From: Okamejei kenojei
Taxonomy: Eukaryota
DNA length: 64,000 nt
Direction of reading: 5' to 3'
Assembly (NCBI GenBank): GCA_035221665.1
Contig: CM069141.1
Span: 41,974,001 to 42,038,000 of the forward strand
Below are positions 38,744-51,729 of the stretch, piece after piece. Below the pieces are notes generated by a model. That model was not told where the DNA came from. It worked only from the letters and a program-made list of their open reading frames with translations, and made no database searches. Positions within the stretch are counted from its first letter, which is position 1. Every line of letters begins with the position of its first letter. Made by a program: the position numbers and the translations under genes.

Positions 38744-40576
38744 ATGGAGGTAAGGGGGCCTGGTTCCTCTCACGCTGTAGCATCCCCTCCTGCACAAATT
38801 GGTGGGCGATTGCGCGCTTTTGTGGAAATATGGAACACTGTCACCACAGATGAGTTTATTTTACAAAGTGTTCAAGGCTATGTTATAGAATTTATTGGTG
38901 GTGTAAATCCCCCTACCCAGCATTCGCCTCATAGGAAGTTTACACTATCCCAAAAAGAGGTGGAGGCAGGACATGCTGAAATTATACGGCTAGCAGCAAC
39001 AGGGGTAATTGGCAAAACAACGCATGAACCCATTGAGTTTGTGTCCAACATTTTCACCAGAATTAAAAAAGATGGGGGATGTCGGATTATAATAGACTTA
39101 ACTGAGCTGAACACTTTTGCACAATATACCCACTTCAAAATGGACACTTTTGAAACAGCCAAACAGATGGTTTACCCAGGGTATTTTATGGCATGCATCT
39201 ATTTAAAAGATGCATACTATATGGTGCCCATTTCTGAGGCTCACAGGAAATTTCTGAAGTTTGTCTGGAAGGATCAATTATGGGAATACAAGGCATTGCC
39301 CAATGGGATCACCACAGCACCTAGGCTGTTTACAAAATTAGTAAAACCTATATTGGCTCTTCTCCGACAACAAAATTATATGGTTATGGCATATTTGGAT
39401 GATATCCTCATAGTGGGTCAGACCCTCCAATTGGCTACACGGGCAGTGGCTGCAACTAAGGCTCTCTTTGAGAAGCTGGGATTTGTAATCCATCCAGACA
39501 AGTCAAAATTGCACCTGGTACGGGTTATGGACTATTTGGGGTTCACTCTAGACACCAACTTAATGAAGATTACCATCCCAACCAATAAAGCTACTGCTAT
39601 TAAGGAAGAGCGCCACAGTCTTGCTTGCGCCAGGGTGCCGACCATTCGGCAAACGGCAAAAGTAATAGGGAAATTGGTAGCTACATTCCCAGCTGCACAA
39701 TTCGGACCACTACACTACCGAAATTTACAAAGAGCAAAGATCACAGCATTAAAAGCAAATGCTGGGCACTTTGATCGGCCAATTCGGTTACCACTAAAGG
39801 CTAGAACCGAGCTACTATGGTGGGTTGACAATATTAGTGAGTGTCATAGACCCATCATAGTCAGCAACCCAGACGTCGTGCTACAAACTGACGCAAGCGC
39901 ACAAGGCTGGGGAGCAACTGATACGATGTCCAGTTGTGGTGGTAGATGGAATTCTCGTGATTCTACCTTCCTGGAGTCACATGGGATAAATTATATAGAA
40001 ATGCTGGGGGCATTTCATGGACTGCGGGCTTACTGTACTAACTCACAGAATTTACATGTCCGCCTCCAAATAGATAACACTACAGTGGTGGCTTACATCA
40101 ATCATATGGGTGGTATCAGGTCGCTATCTTGTGATGAATTGGCAAACTCAATTTGGCACTGGTGCATTGAAAGGAATATTTAGATTACAGCGACCTATTT
40201 GCCAGGGAAGCTTAATACAGTGGCGGACACCAGGTCACGAGTATTCAATGACAACATCAAGTGGATGTTGAACCCCCAAATTTTTGGAGACATTATAGCT
40301 CACTATGGGACACCAGATATTGACCTTTTTGCGTCCAGGTTGAACCATCAGATACCAACGTATGTGTCTTGGGAACCAGACCCTGGGGCAATAGCAATTG
40401 ATGCGTTTTCTATCCATTGGGGGAAATGGTTTTGCTACGCATTTCCCCCATTCTGCCTCATCAGTCGGGTATTGCAGAAAATTAAATTGGATTCTGCAAC
40501 TGGCATATTGATCATTCCCGACTGGCCTACACAACCATGGTACCCGATGGTCGTTAAAATTTTAAAACAACCATGA
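38744..40576 (+). pseudogene. DIRS reverse transcriptase-RNase H-methyltransferase ORF (one premature TAG at 40181-40183)
   Basis: HFKM, YLKDAY (first catalytic D replaced by Y), LPNG..APR.FTK, YLDD, YLGF; RNase H TDAS..GWG, INYIEM, DNTT; MT region DIDLFAS..YAFPPF. Confidence 0.92.
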
Positions 40577-40662
40577 TTGGGAAAACACCCCAAATTGATT
40601 ACTCACCCCATTACGGGGGATAGTCATCCTTGCCATGGTCACCTAAACTTATTGGCCTGCAG

Positions 40663-41618
40663 GTTCTGAAAAGACCACTCATCCAGGCGGGCATCTCACC
40701 ACGAGCCATGGAACTCATCTCCGCATCATGCGGAGAATCAACTCGGAAACAGTACCTCACGCAAATCAGAAAGTGGGAGGCATTCTGTGCTCGTACCAAC
40801 AAGACTTCCAACACAGCAACGATACCTGATGTCCTGGAATTCCTAGCTTGCCTCCATTTCGATGCTGGCCTTAGCTACAGTGCCATCAACAGCGCCTGGA
40901 GTGCGCTGTCCTCATACCTGGATATAGGTATAGGCTCCAACCACCTGGTGTCTAAACTCATGAGGGGAGTGTTCAACACCAACCCTCCGCGACCCAGATA
41001 TTCTTTCACGTGGGATGTGGGGATCGTGCTGACCCTACTGAGGAGCTGGGCTCCAATGAATGAGCTACCACTGAAACAGCTCACCCTCAGATGCTAATGG
41101 CACTGACTACAGCCCAACGAGTCCAGACGTTATAAAAACTGCGACTGGACAGCATGGTGGCCACCCCTGGTCGAATAAATTTCTTTGTCCAAGATTTATT
41201 GAAGCAGCACAGGCCAGGGGCGCATGGGCAACAGTTGGAATTTCGGGCATACCATGTAGATGCCACTCTCTGCATAGTCACCCATCTCCACCACTACATC
41301 GGGATTACAGGAGCCATCAGGATGAAGGAACAGGGGTTCCTCATCAGCCACAAACCTCCGCATCATCAGGTGACTGTACAGACTATCGCCAGGTGGCTCA
41401 GGGTCGTGCTGGATGCAGCAGGAGTTGCTACTGACATTTTTAAGTCTCATTCCACTAGGGCTGCATCCACATCAGCGGCGAGGGCCATGGAGGTGCCCAT
41501 GGACCACATCCTCGCCACCACGGGCTGGGCCAGTGAAGAAACCTTTCAACGGTTCTACAATAAGCCACTGGTCGCCCCTGCGACATTCGTAGAAGCTGTG
41601 CTGGGAACCGCTCAGTGA
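40663..41618 (+). pseudogene. DIRS tyrosine recombinase (frameshift near 41090)
   Basis: ST.KQY..W..FC, LSYSAIN..SALS, PPRPRY..WDV, then HSTRAASTS and GW.SE.TF.RFY carrying the catalytic Tyr. Confidence 0.92.
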
Positions 41619-42558
41619 ATGTCTGTCCCCGAATTAGGGGTTATTTGTTTGTTTATTTGATTAATAAATTGTGTTGCTTTTTCAGCCAGTTTCAACTGAA
41701 CTGCATTTACAGCCTTCCTCCATCAGAATGGCGGCAGTGTGATAAGCATGGACGTTGTCCAGGGCGTGAAATCACAGAGCTTTGAAATCTTCACGAACTC
41801 ACTCACGTGACTCCGAAGTAAAATAGTAAGATTAAACGAGAACTTACCAAGTTTGAAGGTTGATCTGTATTTTACGAGGAGTCGCGGTGAGGGATTTTGT
41901 GCCCCCCGCTCCCACCCTCTATCATAGGATCAACTAGGAAGTTCTGCGTTCTTCATCTTACTATTTTTAGTCATGGTGCGTTCTGTGATTCCACACCGCT
42001 GCTTTGAAGGATGCTGCGCATGCGTGCTGGCGGGGTCTTCACGAAATCCCTCACCGCGACTCCTCGTAAAATACAGATCAACCTTCAAACTTGGTAAGTT
42101 CGCGTTTAATCTTACTATTTTATGTCTAAAAATACTTTGACGATATTCTTAAAAGGTGAAATGGATGAGAATATCGAAATTCCTAATTAATATTTATGGG
42201 AATTACATAAGTGCAGAAATTGAGGAGTGGATGATTATAAAGTCTATGCAGATGTTCAAGAAGTGGTGAGATGTAAACAAGGTATAAATGGTCAAGACCC
42301 TTAAATGACAACTTCACGTGACATCTACATTTGTTTTTTGACTGATTACCTGAGAGTCTTGACTTCCGGTTACTAGCTAGAGATGCATCCACAAGACCAA
42401 TGGCCCAGTGCTATTCTAATTTCACTTTCCACCACAAACTAGGTGCACAGGTAGGTAAAGAGCCAAGGATGGTGGGACCACATGGAGGAGGTCCAGTGTT
42501 CCGTGAACCTTAGGGAAGCCTGGTTCAGAGCAAGTCCACAGGCCCCCAACACCCAAGA

Positions 42559-42903
42559 GTGGCACGGTGGTGCAGCGGTAGAGTTGCTGCTTTACAGCGC
42601 CCGAGACCCAGGTTCGATCCTGACTACGGGTTCTGTTGTATGGCATTTGTACGTTCTCCCCGTGACCTGCGTGTGGTTTCTCTGACATCTCCGGTTTCCT
42701 CCCACACTCCTAAGACGAACAGGTTTGTAGGTTAATTAGCTTGATATAATTGTAAATTGTCCCTAGTGTGTGAAGGATAGTGTTAATGTTTTCTAAAGAC
42801 TCTTCTCCCCGGTGTCATCCCAGTTAAAGCGCTGATAGGTGCGAACATGGTGGGCCGAAGGGCCAGTTTCCACACTGTATCTCTGAACTAAACTAAAACT
42901 AAA
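42559..42903 (+). mobile_element. tRNA-derived SINE (HE1/V-SINE-like), full length
   Basis: A box tggtgcagcgg, B box ggttcgatcc, central conserved body and (aaact)n tail. Confidence 0.9.
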
Positions 42904-43069
42904 CCTGCTACTCTCTGGTCATGGAAGGGATGAATCCCACTCTTCATGAGTAGTGAGCCTCATTTTCGCACATTTTTTGCAAACTGCATAATATTAATTA
43001 GTAGCTACCACTTCATATCCAAACACAACCACATGGCTGGAGCTCTGTCGTCACAGCCTTGGAGGTCAT

Positions 43070-43455
43070 TAGTATGTAGATGCATTGTTGTTTGGACAGA
43101 GGAGGAAGAAGAATGGTTCTCAAGAACTTTTGAGATTATGGTCCTTCAAGTGCATTCCCAGGACCACTGGAGTCTAAAGCTAGCGACCATAGGTTCAAGG
43201 CGATAGGGGGAAGATTTAATAGGAACCCAAGGGACAGGAACTTGAGGCAACTTCTTTCACACAGAGGGTAGCTTCAGCAGAAGTGGTAATTGTTACATTT
43301 AAAAGACACTTGCATAGATACATGGATAAGAACATTTTGGAGGTATATGGGCCAGATGCAAGTAAGTCGGATTGACTTGGTTAGGCAATGTGGTTGGTAT
43401 GGACAAGTATGGTCAAGAGGCTAGTTTCCATGCTGTGAAGCTCTATGACTCTCTT
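43070..43455 (+). mobile_element. Old CR1-type LINE 3' fragment
   Basis: Degraded 3' ORF/UTR ending ctctatgactct. Confidence 0.6.
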
Positions 43456-44577
43456 TCTCTAAATCAGGAATCAATTGATGGTTCATCCCATTACATAGCC
43501 TTCAGCCCTTTTCTCCATTGTTCAGACATCCTGTCATGTGCATAGATCACAAAGAAAGCAAATTGATAAGTACATTAGTGAATCAAATATGGAAGTAATG
43601 GGGAGGTGCATGTGAATTCATGCCATCCTGTATGTTTGGGTCCATCACATAGAACTGCATATTCAGGAGTTCTACTGTCCACAATGTTCCAATTGTGTTA
43701 AATGATTATATTTATACTGCATGTTAGTGGATTAACCACACACCGGCTACAATGTAAAATAAAAGTCATTTCCAGGCCACTCTCCCTAATTTATGAATAA
43801 TGTTTTAAATCAAAGTTGCTTCCGCCCGTGCAGGTGGACAAATCCGATCCCTGGATAGTGGAGTGATTACTCTAATCTACTGATTTATATTTATTTCATG
43901 TTAAATCCCTCCATCAGATTTTATCTCTTATTTAATGCTATTGTAAGGAATATAAATTTCCCTGTTTTCTAAATACTCTTCTCCCCGGTGTCATCCCAGT
44001 GAATCTCTTCCTGACCTTGACGTCTTTAATAGACAAATTTAACTGCAGCCAAATCAATAGACATAGCTTTACTCAGTAATACCTTGGCTGGGCTTCCACC
44101 TCCTAAATACCGAATCCAGTGTGATTTTTAACGGCTGCATCAAATTAAAATTAATGTTTAAATCCATTTGTTCTGTTTTCTCTAATCCTTGTAAAGGTTC
44201 AGTATTATTATTTTTCCTGTCACTTTTGCTCGATTGGAATAACCCTTCTGTATTTCAAAATTGTAACTATGAGCAGTGTGTCCTAGGGTATTGATGCAGA
44301 TGAATGCACTGTTTTTCCATCTCCAAAATTCTATGGATTCTGGATAGTTCCCACAGATTGGAAAATGAATAACAGAAATTGACAAGAACAAACCAGTTGA
44401 TCAAACATACTTGTAATTTTAGGAGGCTTTCAATAAATTGCCACAATTTAGATTATTAAATAAAAATAAAATGCATATCATAAGAAAATGTATTTATATC
44501 CATACAGATTTATAATTAATTCTTTCAGACATTTCAAAATGTGGCTTTACATTCCCTTTTGCGGAATTTTACCACTA

Positions 44578-44870
44578 AAACCCCTGTCTCACGGTGCGAG
44601 TTGACCCACGAGTGAACCAGAGTTGTCACTCGCGGTAATCACGTACACTAAACGTAGCGGGAACGTCGGAACTCTTGCGAGCAACTTAGCGACTCGTGGC
44701 GCTAACGGCAGGTACCCGTGAAACTTGGATCAAAATCATGTTTGATTTTTTCCACGAGTCAAATTTACAGTTCAAGTTAAAAATTGAAACATTTTAAACT
44801 CGTTTATAACGTGGTGGCCCGTGCGTTTACCTTAAGTAATTCATGAGTCTACCGTGGGAACTCTTTTAAC
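44578..44870. mobile_element. Harbinger-like DNA transposon remnant
   Basis: Begins cccctgtctcac, similar to the TIR at 17766; CpG-rich internal repeats. Confidence 0.4.
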
Positions 44871-45032
44871 TCAGCGGGCAGGCAGCATCTCTGGATAGAA
44901 GGAATGGGTGACGGGATGACATTTCCAAATTTCTCCAGCCCCATGTGTTCACTTTTTTCAACTAGCATCTGCCCTTTCTTGTGTATGTCATTATTTGTAT
45001 CTACAGTGCCTTGTGTCTTGGCAATTCATGAT

Positions 45033-45520
45033 TCACACACACACAATGCTGGGGTAACTCACACACACACACACACACACACACACAATGCTGGGGTAAC
45101 TCACACACACACACACAATGCTGGGGTAACTCACACACACACACAATGCTGGAGTAACTCGCACACACGCACACACACAATGTTGGAGTAACTCGCACAC
45201 ACACACAATGCTGGGGTGACACACACAATGCTGGGGTAACTCGCACACGCACACACACAATGCTGGGGTAACTCACACACACACACAATGCTGGGGTAAC
45301 ACACACACACACACACACAATGCTGGAGTAACTCACACACACACGAACAATGCTGGAGTAACTCACACACACACTCACACACACAATGTTGGAGTAACTC
45401 ACACACACACACAATGCTAAGGTAACTCACACACACATACACACAATGCTGGAGTAACTCACACACACACACGAACAATGCTGGAGTAACTCTCACACAC
45501 ACACAATTCTGGAGTAACTC
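45033..45520. repeat. Compound minisatellite: about 16 units of aatgctgg(g/a)gtaactc separated by (CA)n
   Basis: Read directly. It runs straight into a Penelope-derived fold-back at 45520-45635. Confidence 0.95.
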
Positions 45521-45765
45521 AGCGGGACAGGCAGCATCTCTGGAGAGAAGGAATGATGATGTATCGGGTCGAGACCCTTCCTTAGACCACTACCCAGAGA
45601 TGCTGCCTGTCCCGCTGAGTTACTCCAGCATTTCGTCTAACGTTTGGTGCCGCTACAACTGGGTCGTTGCTGAGAGACTGATTTATTGCAGCATTCATTA
45701 AAAGTGTTCAATGTTCTAGATATACTTTAGATTTTATGTAGTTTGAGCCTTTGATAAATGCTTAC

Positions 45766-45827
45766 TTGTTCGGAAGTACTGTTGATTCTATTCGTAGTTA
45801 TCGTAGAGCTCAGAATTTCTCGGGTAC
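45766..45827 (-). CDS. Candidate Ser/Thr-rich stalk exon of TIM copy B
   Basis: tctctttccttag|GT...CAA|gtaagc; 62 bp, phase 1 to 0, bridging the IgV (ends phase 1) and TM (starts phase 0) exons; (G)TREILSSTITTNRINSTSEQ with an N-S-T sequon. Confidence 0.65.
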
Positions 45828-47589
45828 CTAAGGAAAGAGAATACCATTATGGCTGATATCTCCGGCAAGGATGTGGTGTCTAAAAACAAGGCAAGGTATA
45901 GAAGGTCTTAGATCTAAAACATCACTATTTTCCAAGATTCATTCTAACAATAATTTTCCACATAAGGCCAAACAGACATTATTTCTGTGATTTCCTAAAG
46001 CAAATCTTGCCAATCTGACAAGAATCTCCAACCCACGTGTCAATAAATGTTCTAACCAGTAGATGGGGCTGGGAGCCACAGGGGAATAATTTTCCTCGGA
46101 TAGCCATAGGTTGTGCCAGCACATTGTAACCACTTATGGGTTAGCTTCTGGGTTTACATCTTCTGGCTGTTGTGTTATGAATTTGCATTTACCCCTTCAG
46201 AGAATTGGATCTGGTATTCTGTTTACTCAAAGAGGTGCAACAGGTACTGAGGACATTTGTTTTACTTCTAGTTTTCTGCACAAACCAGTTGTGCCAGATG
46301 TGGGAACACTGGTAGTCGCTTTACCCATGGAATTCCCCATGACCGGGAAGATGGGTCTTAGTCACTCAGAGTAGGACGAACTACTGGTAGAGGAGAGAGA
46401 GAAGGGGATTAGAATCCATATCTGTGCTGGGACAAACTTATTTCCATAAAGTTTTGTCACTGAAATCTGCCAACTGTTCAAGATATAACTATACATTCAA
46501 CAGGAACAAGTCTACCTGTGGATGTAAAGTGATGAAAGCTTCATCCGGCTGGAGTTGGAAATAGGTTTGGCAATCACTGTTGCATGAAATAAATATTTCA
46601 TTCAATTTGCCAGAATCTACTAGGAAGATACAGTATGCAGCTATGCTGGATCAAATACAGACCAACCCCTGAATGAAAATGTTGTCCCTGAGGTCCCTCT
46701 TAAATCCTACCCTCTTAACGTCAGCTTATATCTTCTAATTTTCTAATCCTGTATCTGGTAAATAGACTGTGAGCGTTTGCCTTATCCATGCACCTCGTTA
46801 TCCTGTAGACCTTAATGAGGTCGCACCTCAGCCTCCAATGCTCCAAGGAAAGAATTCCCAGCCTAACCAATCTGTCCCACAAATCAAGGCCTCAAGCCAA
46901 GGCAACATCCTCCCTAGCTTGGTGACCAGAACTATATACTATACTCCGTGTCGTCTCACCAACAAATTCTACAGCTGCATCATGATGTCCCATCTTTTGT
47001 GCTCAATATTTTTCCCAATGAAAGGAGAGGTTCAGGTTGTAATACATTGAGTAGTGATTCCTTGGAAGGAAATGATTAAAGATGTGAGGATGGGAAATAG
47101 AAGATGACAATGGCTAACGAACAACAACGTAAACATTCTGTAGTAACATTCTGAAGTGAACTTGTGTAAACATAGTGCAGAGATATCCTGCCCTAAATCA
47201 CTAATTTGTGAGTTAGATAGAGTTCTTAAAGATAGCGAAAGGGATAGGCAGGAACGGGTTACTGATTGTGGATGATCAGCCATGATCACAGTGAATGGCG
47301 GTGCTGGCTTGAAAGGCCGAATGACATACTCCTGCACCTATTGTTTATTGTCTAATTGCTGATAAGGTTTCAACCAAGAAAGAAGCCGACAAATTAAAGT
47401 GTAACATCGGTTGTGCTGGTTTAGCTCGTACGCAAGGGTGTAACACAGCCTGTGGACACTTAGAGGTTGGGACTTCACTTTTAGACCAGGGACAAAAGAA
47501 AATTGTCATGACCAGGGACAAAAGAAAACTGTGAGCAGTGCTATGGACGATGCTGGCTGCCACTGACTGCGGGGTCAACATCCTCTTCC

Positions 47590-47900
47590 ACACCCACATC
47601 TCCAGCAATGAACATCTAATTATACTCAAATGGATCGGTTTGGTAGACTATGATCTTTGCATACCCAGCACCAGATTTCCGAAGCAGACATAATATTCGG
47701 AGCTCTATCATAGGAATAACTTACAAGGTGGACAGAGAAAAAATCCAAAGACATTTTCAAAACCTCCACGAAAATATTGCAAAATTTCCATTGATTCCTG
47801 GGAAACTCTAAGCCATGACCTCTTGATATGGAGAAGCATTTGGGTTGGCACTGAGAATCTTGCGTTCATGTGTGAGAAGCACACGAGAGAAGGAGCACCC
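47590..47900 (+). mobile_element. Degraded RTE-clade LINE 3' fragment
   Basis: Residual RFPKQ..SEL..G..GGQRK..KD motif. Confidence 0.5.
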
Positions 47901-48179
47901 CACATCATGGACCAACCCTCTTGCCCCATCTACATTGGATTCCGTTACCACAGAATCCACTTAACCTGAAACTGAGGGACTGCCAAAGAAGATGCGACCC
48001 AATAGTTTCATTGCGTGAGTTGGCCCATGAACGCTCTCAGCTAAATCATAAATTTATTGAGATACTTTGCCATTCAGTGAATTGGCATCCTTCTGTATTT
48101 CCCTCTGTCCCTCTCCAAGCCAATCACCCAGATTCCTCCTTTATGTTCTCCATTAGGCAAAGAATCAGCCTCTAAGCTG

Positions 48180-49105
48180 GTGAGAGTGAATGCGGTAACA
48201 AAAGCTGTATGTCACTATTGCTGCCTGATGTAGGACATTTCGAAAATTATCAGAAAGATGAGTAGATTGTAATATGTTTAACCCAAGAGCTTACATACTG
48301 GGGAACCATGATGGGAAAAAAGTCCAACATAGTGAAGGGAATTAACGATGTTAGGAGAGGCGTTGAATTGACCTATCATGGTATTTAGATTCCACAACAT
48401 AATTATAGCTGAGTTGCTTCCATAGTGAAGTTGAAATAGACATTGTGGGTTGTAAACTAATCACTGAGAGGGACAGAGGCAACTACAGATGGAGGGTCAA
48501 TTCACTGGATGGCAAAACTCCATCAAACCCTGACCTCACTCCCAGCACTTTGACTAATCTCTTCTATTTGGACTGTGATAATGGGAGAGGGTACTAAAGG
48601 CAGTAATAACACAAACCACGGAGACAGAATGAGGCCAGTCGCATACTATTCAACTATGCAAAGTCTAGTGGTGGCTGGGCTGCATTGATGTAGTCAAATA
48701 TTTAACTTTATGACAAGGGCAGTGGAAGTCTCAGAATCCATCTCGCTGAGGGTGACAATAGTTTTCCACTCGACTCTTAGAAGCAGGGAAGTACACTGCG
48801 ACTCTTTGAAGCAAGGAAGTTATGGACAGCACTAGATAGTTGACATTCCAAATGGGAGAGTGTGTCTTACCTGCTGACAAACATATGCAGATAGATTTCA
48901 CATGACCCTTACCCTAGTCTCAAAATAAAAGGTAATGTTTAGTACTGATTGACCACTTTATCCACTGGCAGAAGACATTCCCATGCCAAGAAAGTACAGC
49001 TAGAATTGTGGCATAGTGCCAAATAATAATATTTTGGATTACATTTCACATGACTCTGATCAGGGAACATATTTTACAGGGAAGGTGATGAAGGAGACTT
49101 GTCCT
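48180..49105 (+). mobile_element. ERV pol/integrase remnant
   Basis: MQIDFT (~48885-48902), LVLIDHF..W and DSDQGTYFTGKVMKETC (~49052-49102), matching an integrase core. Confidence 0.7.
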
Positions 49106-49599
49106 GAATTGCATCATATCTGTAGAGAGCTGGCGGTGCTGTAACCATCCTGGTAAGTGGAGAGAATTCTACTGCAATTCTGCTTTGGGACAAAGTGGAA
49201 AAGCCTTGGGTATCTGGGAATAAATCCCAAATTACAATTAACTGTCTATTTCAAACTCTAGACCAGCAGGCACATCTAGGTCAACTTTCAGCTGCTTCTT
49301 CGCCTTTACATGTTCAGTCCATCAGCAAGGAAATGCTGTAAATAGATCAGCGTTTAAGCTGCTAGCAAACATAACCATTGCTGTATTGCAGCAGTCAAAC
49401 ACACACTTTCAGTGTGCAAAAGTAAGCACTCCCACAGCAGGGATGATGTACTCCAAGTGAAACTATCTCAACCATTGAAGAATGAACAGGTGTCATTTTG
49501 TTTACACATTCTGATGTGGGTGTGACTAGCAAGGACAGCATTTATTGCCAATCTTTGTTCCAAATGTTCACTGGCATCATTCCCCAACTCCTTTTCCGC

Positions 49600-49860
49600 T
49601 TCACTTATGACTGCATCGGGGCTGCCTCCTGCACTCATGCTGAACCCAACGATTTATTAGTTTTACCATTAACTTCCACCCTGTCCTCAAATTCACAGAC
49701 TCAGACACCTATCTCCCCTTCCTTCAATTCTCTGACTCCGTCCCATGGCCAGATTATCCATTAACATCTACTACAATCCCACTGACTCTCACAGTTATAT
49801 GGACTACACCTCCTCTCACCCTGCCTCTTGCAAAGATAGCATCCCCTATTCTCAACTTTT
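49600..49860 (+). mobile_element. Penelope-like RT fragment (degraded)
   Basis: IYYNPTDSHSYMDYTSSHPASCKDSIPYS at ~49765-49853. Confidence 0.75.
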
Positions 49861-50179
49861 AATTCAACTTTAATTGTGCAGAGACTACAATTGACTACCT
49901 TAGTAATCAACTGCTAAAAAAAGCTATTTTTCAGTAGCTCTCTCACAGTCATCAAAAACACGTTCAACATAACTGACAATTTCCATTACATTTCAATGTT
50001 ACCCACGTGCCTATCCTTCATGAAGATATGAAAACCCTATAAAAAATGCAAATGGTTCTTTTGTGGCTACCACAGGAAGAGGTGTTCTGCGGCACTGATG
50101 CACTTTTACTCGTGCCAGATCAACCCAATATGGGTCCTGCATGAAATTCATACGACATGACATTATCAACTTCACACAA

Positions 50180-51280
50180 GCCAGCATGGTAGGCTGCTCT
50201 GGAAGGTTAGATTGCATGGGATCCAAGGGGAGATAGCTGATTGGATAGCAAATTGGCTCCTTGGAAGGAAGCAGAGGGTAATGGTGGAAGGTTGCTTCTC
50301 CGTGGTGTGGTGTGCTGGACCTGTTATTGTTTGTCATCTACATCAATGATTTGGATGAGAACATACTGGGCAAGATTAACAAGTTTGCTGATGATACAAA
50401 AGTTAGTTGTTTTGCAGATAGTGAAGATGGTTGTAAACAAATGCAGCAGGATCTGGATCGATTGGCCAGGTGGGTGGAGGAATGGTTGATGGAATTTAAT
50501 ACAGAGAAGTGTGAGTTGTTGCATTTTGGGATGTCGAACAAGGTCAGGACCTAAACAGTAAATGTTAGGCCTCTGGGGGGTGTTGTAGAGCAGAGGGATC
50601 TAGGGGTACAGGTGCATGGCTCCTTGAAGGTCGAGTCACAGGTAGATAAGGTGGTCACAGAGGCTTTTGGCACTTTGGCCTTCATCAGTCAGAATATTGA
50701 GTATAGAAGTTGGGAGGTCATGTTGCAGTTGTATAAGACATTGGTGAGACCGCATTTAGAATATTGTGTACAGTTCTGGGCACCATGTTATAGGAAAGAT
50801 ATAGTTAAGCTTGAAAGGGTACAGAAAAGATTTACGAGGATGTTGCCAGGACTAGAGGGTGTGAGATATAGGAAGAGGTTGAGTAGGCTGGGTCTCTATT
50901 CCATGGAGCGTAGGAAGATGAGGGGGGATCTTATAGAGGTATACAAAATCATGAGAGGAATAGATTGGGTAGATGCACAGTCTTTTGCCCAGAGTAGGGG
51001 AATCGACGACCAGAGGACATAGGTTCAAGGTGAAGGGGGAAAGGGGTAACTTTTTCACACAAAGGGTGGTGTGTGTATAGAACAAGCTGCCAGATGAGGT
51101 AGTTGAGGCTGGAACTATCCCATCATTTCAGAAACATTTATACAGGTACATGGATTGGACAGGTTTGGAGGGATATGGACCAAATGCAGACAAGTGGGAC
51201 TAGTGTAGCTGAGACATTGTTGGCCGGTGTGGGGAGATGGGCCAAAGGGCTTATTTCCACACTGTATCATTATATGTCTC
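50180..51280 (+). mobile_element. CR1-type LINE 3' portion
   Basis: LLFVIYINDLDE, KFADDTK, QQDLDRL, LYKTLVRPHLEYCVQFWAP, RGDLIEVYKIMRG. Confidence 0.93.
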
Positions 51281-51729
51281 TACCAGCACAGGCCATTGCC
51301 CAAATTTATGATAAATGTATTATAAATAACCAGCAATTATTTTTTCTTCCTCTCAACTACACACTCAACACCATGAACTGGACCTACAGGACCTATCCTT
51401 CCAGGGACTGAGTTTTCAGTGAACACTTCTCCAAACATCCTCGGATCCACCTGGCCAGGTCCTGGGGTTTAATCCACCTTTATGTCTTTTAGGACTTCTC
51501 CTTCTTGGTAATGTTGAAATGCTCCTTGATTTTACTGCTCCCTCTCCTGATCTCACTAGCTTCCACATACTTCTCCACAGTAAACACATTCATTTAAAGT
51601 GAAGTATTAATTTAAAACCTCACATATTACCCATAACTTCATAAATAGATTACCACACTGACACATTACCTACTCTCTAAGTTTTAATATACTTGTAGAA
51701 TCTTTTATGATTTTCCTTTATCTAGAATT

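Larger units (their letters stand above)
36821..42121 (+). mobile_element. DIRS1-like tyrosine-recombinase retrotransposon, near full length, antisense within a TIM intron
   Basis: Left ITR gtgaagaccccgccagcacgcatgcg (36821) is inverted at ~42017-42042. The internal complementary region ~41820-41897 is complementary to 42044-42121. Gag, RT/RH, MT and YR ORFs are in the expected order; no TSD is evident. Confidence 0.96.

Noticed and set aside
40184-41618. Phage-like Dam methylase plus integrase as bacterial contamination or horizontal transfer
   Set aside because: Both are standard DIRS modules enclosed by the element's ITR/ICR structure.
42559-42630. tRNA gene
   Set aside because: The A/B boxes are a SINE head followed by a SINE body and tail; no cloverleaf is evident.
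45033-45520. Repeat-spacer array resembling CRISPR
   Set aside because: Spacers are only (CA)n, there are no cas genes, the context is eukaryotic, and the unit derives from a transposon terminus.
45940-46390. Minus-strand MGNSMGKATTSVPTSG... as a mucin exon or retroviral gag start
   Set aside because: In-frame stops, no usable splice phase and no recognisable motif; cannot be assigned without a search.
46516-46576. Possible extra stalk exon on the minus strand (cag|...cag|gtagac)
   Set aside because: 61 bp would break the frame between two phase-1 junctions, and the donor is weak.
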